DNA of 64,000 bases, from assembly GCA_951406725.2 (NCBI GenBank), contig OX597825.1, positions 34,162,001 through 34,226,000 on the forward strand, given 5' to 3'. Of this stretch, positions 54,464-64,000 are shown piece by piece. A program made the translations under genes and the position numbers. Each line of letters opens with the position of its first letter. The stretch's first letter is position 1. This DNA is from Octopus vulgaris. Taxonomy: Eukaryota. Below the pieces are notes generated by a model. That model had not been told where the DNA came from, did no database searches, and saw nothing but the letters and a program-made list of their open reading frames with translations.

Positions 54464-54557
54464 CTTCGGGCTTTAGCTGACAGCCTTTGATTTTGGCACC
54501 AGGGTCATCGAGTGAGCATCTATAAGTAGCTGAAGTATTCAAGTTCATCAAATAAAT
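54464..54557 (-). CDS. Internal exon (phase 0 to 1) encoding the C-terminal strands of a PLAT-like domain, gene A
   Basis: Acceptor ttttaatcaattctttgcAG, donor AG|GTAAAT; 94 nt: IYLMNLNTSATYRCSLDDPGAKIKGCQLKPE. In phase with the stalk exon. Confidence 0.78.
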
Positions 54558-54632
54558 CTGCAAAGAATTGATTAAAATTTAAAGCACGTTGCATGTAACA
54601 CACACTCACACATACACACACACACACATATC

Positions 54633-54666
<34 letters not shown>

Positions 54667-54956
54667 TGTATGAATGTATGAATGTATGTATGAATGTATA
54701 TATGTATGTGTGTGTGTATATATATACATATATATATATAAAATCCATGGTTTGAAATTTGGCTGGTCCTTCTAGCATGTTAGGTGTCCTGTCAGGGAAC
54801 CTCTTAAATGTACACTAATTTTATATGAATAATATATAGTCTATTGACTATTTTCTGCATGCTAGGCCACTGGTAGAAAAATTTCTATAATTTTCCTGCC
54901 CTGTATATTTTCCTAAGATATATATATATGTGTGTGTGTGTGTGTAAATATGTATG

Positions 54957-55044
<88 letters not shown>

Positions 55045-55143
55045 TAATCCAAACATGAAAACACAAAGAGAAAACACAGCAACGCGAGGACGTGGAACAA
55101 ATATAGTATTATTGGACGCTCAGGAAGGAAAGGAAGAAGGACG

Positions 55144-55178
55144 GTTTAACGTTTCGAGCAGAGCTCTTCGTCAGAAAC
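55144..55178 (-). ncRNA. Minimal hammerhead-like motif (second copy of the 34037 family; element 55040-55252)
   Basis: GTTT-CTGACGA-AGAGC tct GCTC-GAAAC-GTT-AAAC. Confidence 0.72.
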
Positions 55179-55279
55179 ATAGAAAAAGGAAAGATCCAGA
55201 GAAGAGAAGACGGAGGAAAAAAAGTCGCCAACAGTACACACGCGGTCACATTTTGAATGGACATACATATATATATATA

Positions 55280-55658
55280 TATATATATAAACGGCAGTTT
55301 GTCTGTATGTGTTTCTGTGTGTCTGTTTGGTTGTACCCTCACCCTGACCACGGCTTTCAACCGATTCTGATGAAACTTGACACACACATAGCCCAATGTC
55401 ATAATTCAAAACTAACGCAGCGAAAATTTTGAAAAGTTCCCCCAGTTCTGAAAAAAATCGATAAATTCGACATGGGGTCGAGAATCAGAAACACAAACCA
55501 CAGACTGTCTAGGGGACGCAACTCGACCTTTTTTAACTCAAAAAAAATTTACCATCATTTTTTTCCATTTTTATGCTATTTTTTGGCTATAACTCTCTAA
55601 AAATGCTTTATAGTTATTTCCCTTACAAACCTGAGCAACGCCGGGCGATACTGCTAGT
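55280..55658 (+). mobile_element. Non-autonomous Helitron-like element
   Basis: 3' hairpin CCTGAGCAACGCCGGG followed by CTAG|T. Confidence 0.7.
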
Positions 55659-55758
55659 ATCTATATAAAGGGAAGTTTACGAAATTAAACAAAAGACGAA
55701 GGCAAGTGGTGTACAAACAAACAGATGTATTAGTATAGTGCTCAGGAATAGAAAAAGT

Positions 55759-55794
55759 CTTTTACGTTTCGAGCCTACGCTCGTCTACAGAAAG
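55759..55794 (-). ncRNA. Hammerhead-like motif with a variant core (CTGTAGA)
   Basis: CTTT-CTGTAGA-cGAGC gtag GCTC-GAAAC-GTA-AAAG. Confidence 0.55.
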
Positions 55795-55883
55795 ATACAC
55801 AGAAAAAAACAAGGAGAGAAATAAAATGTGTGTAGTAGCTAACGATCTATCATGGCGTCTCATATATATATATATATATCTTA

Positions 55884-58497
55884 TCTCTTATGATAAAAGG
55901 CAGATTTTATCTGCCTCCCAAACCGTTTGTTTTTTATACAATTCTACAATATAGAATTTACCTATCATTTTTACAAGTAGGTTCCATCGGGTCGTGGCAT
56001 GTAAAGTTTTTTAAATTTCCCCCCCAATTAAGCAAAAATTCAAGAAAAGTAAATATTTTACCATTTCCCTCTTTCATTTAAAGTGCTTCACTCCTACTAT
56101 TACCACCACACTTTCTGCTACTTTCCCTTTGCTAGTGTGCAACGATTAAAGTGAAACTATTTATATAACAGGGATGAACTGCTTCACTCATGCTATCACC
56201 CTAATTTCTCCTACTTTCTCTTTGCAAGTGTACCTTAAACCACTACTCAAAAAATAATACACAGCAAACAGAAACAAATAAATGCATAACGATTTACTCC
56301 ACACACAATTTCTTCAATTAGAGTTTACCTATGATTTTTCCAAGTACTACCATTCGGTCATGGCATACAAATTTCTTTCAATTTGACCCCCAATTAAGCA
56401 AAAATTCGAGAAAACTCAATATTTTACCATTTCCCTCTTTCACTTCAAAGGCTTTACTCCTTCTATTACCACTACACTTTCTCCTCCTTTCTCTTTGCCA
56501 GTGTGAAACTATTAAAGTGAAAGTATTCCCTTATTATGTGTGTGTGTGTGTGTGTGTATTAGCAATTCGTATAAAATTGCATCAATGACTTGAACTTGAA
56601 TAAATGGTTTCACATAAATGTGGATAAATTAAAAAGGTTTGTTGTTATTATTATTACTGTTTGACTATTGTAATCACGTTTGTTGGTTCCTCGTCAGGGA
56701 AACGTTGTTGTGTTGCATTTGTTAAATAATTGTAAACCGTAACCCTCCCCTTTCGGAGAAGGGGCTTTGGTTATTGTTTCAAAATTGAATTGTGTCCCTG
56801 TTTGGGAAAATTGACAATATTTTCACCGTTTTTACGGAAGCATTTTTGTTAAAATGCCTTCGATAGAAGAAAGTCCAAAAATGAATTTCGCTGCAGCCGT
56901 ACACTTCTATACAAGAGGGAGGACAAGATCCAATTGATCGAAATTGCAAGAGACGGGCCTACAATTCCAGTCTGTTATATATTTTGAGTATTGTTATCAC
57001 TAGCGATATCAAGATATAACTTTCTATTTTGTATTTTATGCGTAGATGTATATATATATATATAGATGTACATGTAATATGTACACATATATACATGCAT
57101 AATATATCTACCCATACACACACGTACACACACACACACGCATACATAGGGGCCGGTGTGGCTGTGTGGTAACAAACTACGTTCGAAGATACTGTACTTG
57201 ATATGGGCGGTAGTGCCTTGCCGGTCTATGGCCTACCTTCAACAAACCGGGAACGCACAAACACTCTGTCTTCACATTTGCTGCGTGAGACATGTTTTAA
57301 TGTTGACGAGCTTGCCGAGTAGATAGCCGACAATGAGCCAAAGCTCCTTCCAGAACAGAAGTTCGCTTACAACTCCGTTGTTAATTCAGTCCGGCCCAAA
57401 GCTGGGGGGATTTTTTTCCTGGACGCTCCTGGGGGCACTGGGAAAACTTTTCTCAACAAATTAATATTGGCTGAGATTAGGCGAACACAAGGCATTGCCC
57501 TAGCTGTGGCATCATCTGGAATTGCGGCTATTTTGTTGCCAGGCGGCAGGACAGCTCACTCCACTTTCAAGCTTCCGCTTGACTTAGCGAAGACTGAGAT
57601 ACCAACTTGCAACATCAGTAACAGCTCCGATCAGGCAGAAGCCTTCAGACGATGCAAGCTTATCGTTTGGGATGAATGCACGATGGCTCACAGAGGTGCT
57701 CTTGAGGCACTAGATAGATCTCTCAGAGACATCAAACACTCTTCAGCTCCCATGGGAGGCATAACACTTCTTCTTTCAGGGGACTTCCGACAAACACTTC
57801 CCGTTATTCCCAAAGGGACTACAGCTGATGCAGTAAGTGCGTGTCTTAAGTCATCCACATTGTGGCCACTGGTGAAGACTCTCAAACTTCACACCAATAT
57901 GTGTGCTCATATGCGACGTAATATCACATCAGCAGCATTTTCTCACACCCTCCTTGCACTTGGCGAAGGCAAAATACCAGGGGATGAAAATGGTAATATT
58001 GCCATCGATTCCATTTGTGCCATTGTTAAAACGCCTTCTGATCTCAGAGAAGCAGTGTTCCCAGATCTACAAGCTAATTATCAGAATATGGATTGGATTG
58101 GCCAAAGGGCTATTCTGGCCCAGAGGAATAAAACTGTTCACCATATTAATGATGAAATGCTAAAATTCATTCCTGGGGATGTCTATGTATATAAGTCTAT
58201 CGATACAACTCCTGACCCAGAGGACGTCATCAACTATCCTATAGAGGTACTCAATTCCTTTGAGCCCCCCGGACTACCACCACACATTCTCAAACTTAAA
58301 GTTGGTGCCCCTATAATGCTCATTAGAAATTTGGTTCCCCTAAAACAATGCAATGGCACACGTTTGATCGCTAAGTCCTTATCTCCCACCGTAAACTTAT
58401 ATCAATATTTGCCTGAATAATCATCATAATTCAGTGCAATCATTAACAGTACTTTCAAGCAATTCAGCCCCGAGCATCGCCGGGAAATTCTGCTAGT
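55884..58497 (+). mobile_element. Helitron with an internally deleted PIF1-like helicase
   Basis: FLDAPGGTGKTFL, AVASSGIAAILLPGGRTAHS, IVWDECTM, GDFRQTLPV, LKVGAPIMLIRNL...CNGTRL (57400-58400); 3' hairpin CCCGAGCATCGCCGGG plus CTAG|T; in-frame stop near 57319; no recognisable Rep domain. Confidence 0.92.
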
Positions 58498-58539
58498 ATA
58501 TATATATATATATAAACCCTTAACTCTTATGTTGAGGTT

Positions 58540-59740
58540 GTATAAGGCCCAAAATCGTCTTCAATAGCTCCAGTGAGAACAGCAAATGGAAAATTGCTTC
58601 TGACTGTCGCTGCTTCTACTCATAAGCACTGGGTAGAACATTTTTCTGCACTTTTGAATAGACCATCATCCGTTGACATGAGGATGATAGAAAAAATGGA
58701 GCACCTTCCTATTATAGAAGAGATGTCATTTGAACCAACTCTAAAGGACATTTATCTAGCTGTGAATAAGCTGAGTAACAATAAGTCTCCAAAGTCTGAT
58801 GGAATCTGTGCAGAAGTCTTGAAATATGGGAGTGACAAAATGTTTGAACTTTTAAATATATTAATTTGTGATGTAGGAGAACTGAGAAAGTGCCTCAAGA
58901 CTGGATTGATGCCATTTTAGTCTCCTTGTATAAATTGGGGCCAAAGGATCAGTGTGGTAATTCTCGTGGGATTTCGCTTTTGTCTGTGGTTAGAAAGGTA
59001 CTTCATTACATTCTGTTAGAATGTTTAAATACTTTTATTTTTCCAAATATGGTGTTTGCGTCTCGGTGTGGTTTTAGCTCCTCCAGGGGCACAGTTGATG
59101 GTATCTTTACTATCAGACACTTGCAGAGAAAGTGCATTGAACAGAATCTTCCCCTATACCATTCTTTTGTTGATTTGAGCAAAACATTCGAAACTGTTAA
59201 TCGAAATTCCCTGTGTCTAATTCTAAGAAAAATAGGTTGCCCAGAAAAATTTGTAAACATGATCTGGGCTTTGCATCAAGGTATGAAAGAGTTAATTTTG
59301 GTGATAGGCTCTCTGAATCTTTTGCCATGGAAAATGGAGTAAAGCAAGGGGACCATGATGCACCCACCCTCTTCGCAATATACTGTGCTGTTGGGCTAAC
59401 ACACACTTTTCAGAACTCAGATTAGGGTATTTACATAAAATATTGAACTGGGAATGTTTTAATCTGACCAGACTGAAATTCAAAACGAAGGTTTTCACTT
59501 CACTCATTTGGGAACTCTTGTATGTTGACGATTGTGATCTTGTCAGTCATTCTGAAACAGGTCTGCAATCTCTTGTATCTACATATAACTCGGTTTGTGA
59601 TGATTTTGGCTTGACCACCAACTTGAAAAGAAAAAGAGCTATAATGTATCAACCTGCACGTGGTGCTGTCTGCAACCCCACAAAAATTTTTGTTAAAGGG
59701 ACTCCCATGATAATAGAATTTTCTCCCTGATAACAAACTA
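58540..59740 (+). mobile_element. Degraded RTE (BovB-like) RT
   Basis: WVEHFSALLN, CGNSRGISLLS, FVDLSKTFETV, NGVKQG, LLYVDDCDL. Confidence 0.88.
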
Positions 59741-59934
59741 CAGATTTTTCTGTAGTATTTTACTTGACGACACACACGGATGGGCAGGGGAAGCTGATGA
59801 ACCTCATTCGTATTGTGAATTCGGTGATACTAACACCGAATATGATCTGTCTGATACCGTTAGGTGGAGAGATATGTTCAATTCTTCCAGAGCTTTCGAA
59901 TTTAATATTTTTAATATTTAATATTGTTGGAGGA

Positions 59935-60014
59935 CCATGCTGATGAAGAAAATGGTTGGGTAAAGTATAATTCTATATTCTTTATACCGATCTAATTCCG
60001 AAACGCGTACATGG
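59935..60014 (+). ncRNA. Type I hammerhead-ribozyme-like motif in a PLE tail
   Basis: CCATG-CTGATGA-agaa...ttcc-GAAAC-GC-GTA-CATGG; perfect 5-bp stem I; palindromic ACGCGT. Confidence 0.75.
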
Positions 60015-60265
60015 GTGACCAGATATAGATTGATTTTCGTTATTTTTCCTCTCTGCCTGCGTGGATTGTTTTCAAGTTTTTTGGTTTTTCTGGGAGTCCC
60101 TTTTTAAAGTAGAAGAAATAGCTAAGGTTTTTTAGCTCCTTTTTCTAAACTTCGGAATGTGGTAAAGCAAATCTTTGCTGAACCCTACTTATAAAGTATT
60201 ACTTAAGTTTACCGTGAAATGGTCCTTTTTCATGCCGAATTCTACTTGGTGAAATTATTGATATA

Positions 60266-60651
60266 GGCGCAGGAGTGGCTGTGTGGTAAGTAGCTTGCTA
60301 ACCAACCACATGGTTCTGCGTTCAGTCCCACTGCGTGGCATCTTGGGCAAGTGTCTTCTGCTATAGCCCCGGGCCGACCAATGCCTTGTGAGTGGATTTG
60401 GTAGACGGAAACTGAAAGAAGCCTGTCGTATATATGTATATATATATGTGTGTGTGTGTATGTTTGTCCCCCTAGCATTGCTTGACAACCGATGCTGGTG
60501 TGTTTACGTCCCCGTTACTTAGCGGTTCGGCAAAAGAGACCGATAAAATAAGTACTGGGCTTACAAAGAATAAGTCCCGGGTTCGATTTGCTCGACTAAA
60601 GGCGGTGCTCCAGCATGGCCGCAGTCAAGTGACTGAAACGAGTAAAAGAGT
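60266..60651 (+). mobile_element. Full-length, low-divergence SINE (most abundant family in the window)
   Basis: tRNA-like head (GGAGTGGCTGTGTGGTAAG, GTTCAGTCCC), internal microsatellite, GAGTAAAAGAG tail. Related copies at ~5260, 15840, 36200, 38380, 48300, 48700 and 49030. Confidence 0.88.
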
Positions 60652-60712
60652 AATTAATTAATTTTACACTTTGTTATTGATAATTATACATACATACATA
60701 TATATATATATA

Positions 60713-61470
60713 TTTCAACAATTGAGGGTAAAATTAATTAATTATTAATTAATTTCACCAAGTGTTCAGTATGCAAAGGGACCATTTAAGGCGAATTCAA
60801 ATTATTACAATATATAAAAGGGCTTAGTAAAATAAATTACTTTGCCGCATACTGAACTCATTAGAAATAGCAGCTAAAAAACTTTTTTAAAAACCATTTC
60901 TAATACTTAAAGAAAATCTCTCGTATAGTGTTTGGTCAACTCAACTCACGAAAGTTTGGGGGTAAAGACATAAAAAAATCAAATGCAAAGGTTATTTGAG
61001 AACGTACGTTTCAAGATTAGTCATCAAGACACTTCTATCATCAGCTCAGAAACTCCATGGTTTGGATTTGAAAACACTGAAAGTGAGAGCATACTCTTTC
61101 GGCCTCTCATCGCCTTCGAAGATCTGCTCGTAACTAACAGTGCCAACAAACTCAAACATGCAAGCGAAGAATTTCTGTCCTCCCCTTTCCACCAGCGTGG
61201 GTTAAAATCAGCAAACACTCTGCTTATTTCGGTAAAATCCGAAGCATTAATTAGAGGGAGATTAATTATAATTTCAACAATTGAGGGTAAAATTAATTAA
61301 TTATTAATTAATTTCACCAAGTGTTCAGTATGCAAAGGGACCATTTAAGGCGAATTCAAATTATTACAATATATAAAAGGGCTTAGTAAAATAAATTACT
61401 TTGCCGCATACTGAACTCATTAGAAATAGCAGCTAAAAAACTTTTTTAAAAACCATTTCTAATACTTAAT
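60713..61470 (-). mobile_element. PLE-type partial tandem terminal repeat with a hammerhead between the copies
   Basis: ~198-bp direct repeats at 60713-60910 and 61271-61469, identical by eye; minus-strand GAG-CTGATGA...GAAAC-GTAC-GTT-CTC at 60998-61047. Related to the reverse complement of 60110-60260. Confidence 0.8.
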
Positions 61471-62371
61471 ATATATATATATATAGATAGATAGATAGAT
61501 CAAAAGCCTTCTTCAGCCGCGTACAATTACCACACCAAAGACATGTATCACATTATAGTAGGTTTGATAAAAAGTTTAGGAAAAAACCGACTTTCATTGG
61601 GAAAGTAAATCCTCCTAGGCGTATATGGCATTGCGAGACTCCAAAACAAATCGTCCATACCGTTTTTTCACTCGATAAAGAATGAAGGAATTGGATGTTG
61701 AGAGAAAGGGAAAAGGAGGGGAAGGGGGTGAAGCCTTAATGAAGTTGGGATCACAAAAAAGAAAAAATGTATATGTATAAATTTAAACATAATTATAAAG
61801 GATAATAATAAATATAAAATATAATAAAAAAAGTAAAGATGTAAAAAAATAAGTATATAAAGATACAAAGGATGTCACGTATAGGGCCATAAATTCTAGA
61901 AATGTATTGTGAAAGTGTAAAAGGTACAAGAAATAAAGGGTAAAAGATAAAATAAAAAGTAAAAAAATAAAAAGGAAATAAAAAGAAAATAGAAAACAAA
62001 TATCGAAAAATAAAGACAAAAAATAAAAGAATAAAAAATAAATAAATAAAAAAATAATTTAAAAACATGTGAACATAAAGATAAAGTGAGATAAAAATAA
62101 AGGGATACAGGAGAATACATGGCGGTTAGAGATGATGGGTTAGAGTTTTGATGCCGTGGTGAGTGTCGTAAATTATTTTTAATTATTTGGGGGAGGGGAG
62201 CAATATAGTAGTGGGCGAATGGTCATTCTAAGCTACATGCTCAAATTTAATGAGTCTGTATGTATGTGTGTGTCTATATACTTATCTACTTTCAAATATA
62301 AAAGCGTCTGGTACTAGTCCGGGGTCGGTGTTATTATCAGTCAACATATACACGCACATGTATATATATAT

Positions 62372-63430
62372 GTGGACCTTTTCATTTCCAAGGCCTGTTT
62401 TGTCAGATTTTTCTAGTTAACTAAATAAATTGAAACTTCGTATCCTGGTAGAGTGTCTCAAAAGAAAACACTAGTTTCAACTTGTTTATTTGAGAAAAAT
62501 GTATTTTATAACTTTAAGGGTAGATTAAATCTGCGAATTTTAACCAATCGTATTGTTTGTTTTCATTTGAAATAATTAACTGCATTATCTTAGTGTGACG
62601 TAGAAAGCTATTTTGTGACGTAGACAGCTGTGCGTAGGTCTGTGTTTTGTGTGCGTGTTTGATGGGGTGTGGGAGACAGAAAGTATGTTGTGTAAGTGAA
62701 GTACTTCTGTTAGTGTGTGTGAAGAGACAGAGAGAGATAACTGAAATTTTTTACTCGGTGTATGTGTATATGTATGTATGCATGTATGTGTGTGTGTGTA
62801 TGTATGTATGGCAGATTCAGTGTTTACATTATTTCGAGTTAAAACGAAAGATTACCAAAGAAAATTTTGTCTATATCTTCGATCACTGTCATTATTCCAT
62901 TGAGTCAACCTCATTATTTTCTACATAGCAAAGGTAATCTTTCGTTTTAACTCGAAATAATGTAAACACTGAATCGGCCATACATATATACACACACATA
63001 CGAAAGATTGTCAAAGATAAAAAGTTACAGAAATAAAAGTTACACGAATAAAGAAAGGAATAAAAATCACAAAAAATATACGAAAATTTACAAAAACTAA
63101 GTTAGTTATATAATATATAAGTTTAATATATAAGTTAGTTAATAATACGGTAACCGGGTGTTTACATTTCACGTATGTTAAATACGTCAGCAAAATAGCC
63201 GTTTACGTCTATTGAGACGGAGTAAATAATATGAAGCCGAAAGACCGAATACCATTGGTTAAAATTCTAATTATTAAACAACGTTAAACTTTGAAATTAC
63301 AATTCCGTTTTCATTCTGGTTTACAATTATGTTTTCTTTTGACACATTCTACCAGTATACGAAGTTTCAAATTGTTTGGTTAAGTAGGAAAAATCGGAAA
63401 AAACAGGCCTTGGAAATGAAAAGATCCCAT
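62372..63430. mobile_element. ~1.06-kb MITE/foldback DNA element with long TIRs and an internal inverted repeat
   Basis: GGACCTTTTCATTTCCAAGGCCTGTTTT...GAAACTTCGTA pairs with TACGAAGTTTC...AAAACAGGCCTTGGAAATGAAAAGATCC; inner IR 62801-62854 / 62932-62985; related half-copy at ~28520-28730. Confidence 0.82.
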
Positions 63431-63432
63431 GT

Positions 63433-63900
63433 CTATACACACACACATATATATGTATGTATATATATATATATATACACACATACATATACACATACAC
63501 ACACATACACATGCATACACCCACATGTATGCGTCCGTACATGTTCACCCAAGTTCATGCGTACACACATCTGCTTACATATGCATACATACATACGTAT
63601 ACACACGTGCACATGTGCATATAAGTACATATATACAAACACACCCAGATTCACAAACATACACATATGCATATATAAACCCACATGCACAGAAACATGT
63701 ACACCCATTCACATGCATATATATCCCTATGCACTCGTACAAAAAAGTACAAATATATATATATATACATACACATATATACACCCATACATCCATATAT
63801 ATACACACAGCTACACGCACACGCACAGACATACTCACATGCACACATATGCCCATATACACATATACACACATGTGTGCGAGTGTGTGTACATTACCGA
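63433..63900. repeat. Degenerate (CA/TA)-rich low-complexity tract
   Basis: Directly visible; source of spurious H/T/Y/I and C/V/M/Y ORFs. Confidence 0.9.
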
Positions 63901-64000
63901 AGGTACATACTTCCACGCAAGGATACGTGTAACTCTCGAAAGATATAGATCTCCACACCTATACGTTCGAAGATTCATTCATGCACACACGCAAAAGAAC

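Noticed and set aside
54464-54557. Ig-domain call from NTSATYRC (DxxxYxC-like)
   Set aside because: The fit to the final PLAT strands continuing from GWTLES is better, and no Ig B-strand Cys or C-strand Trp exon was found; not fully excluded.
57467-58420. 317-aa PIF1 helicase as a host gene
   Set aside because: Intronless, truncated, with an upstream in-frame stop, and enclosed by a Helitron hairpin-CTAG end.
60266-60340. tRNA genes
   Set aside because: The A/B-box-like heads belong to SINEs; no complete cloverleaf.

Overview
Repeat-saturated, AT-rich eukaryotic nuclear DNA. The SINE families, dense (AT)n/(CATA)n/(ATT)n microsatellites and the invertebrate-code mitochondrial insertion point to a cephalopod, probably Octopus (inference). 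Most of the window is decayed mobile DNA: RTE, CR1-like, Tx1-like and R4/Dong-like LINEs, Penelope-like (PLE) pieces, Ty3/Gypsy, Tc1/mariner and pogo, hAT-like MITEs, Helitrons and SINEs, plus a fragmented nad1-cytb NUMT. Among the repeats I read six small minus-strand exons with canonical GT-AG sites and matching phases. Four (54557-39577) form the 3' half of a gene: end of a PLAT/LH2-like domain, S/T stalk, TM helix, and a non-catalytic tail with YxN and YxxM motifs. Two (15344-4936) form the 5' half of an apparent tandem paralog: signal peptide plus most of the PLAT-like domain. Together they suggest a ~333-aa receptor or adaptor architecture that I do not recognise. A second notable layer is about 9 hammerhead-ribozyme-like motifs and 5 long fold-back palindromes, probably PLE-derived, sitting in or beside (AT)n tracts. 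All calls are by eye; repeat boundaries are approximate.
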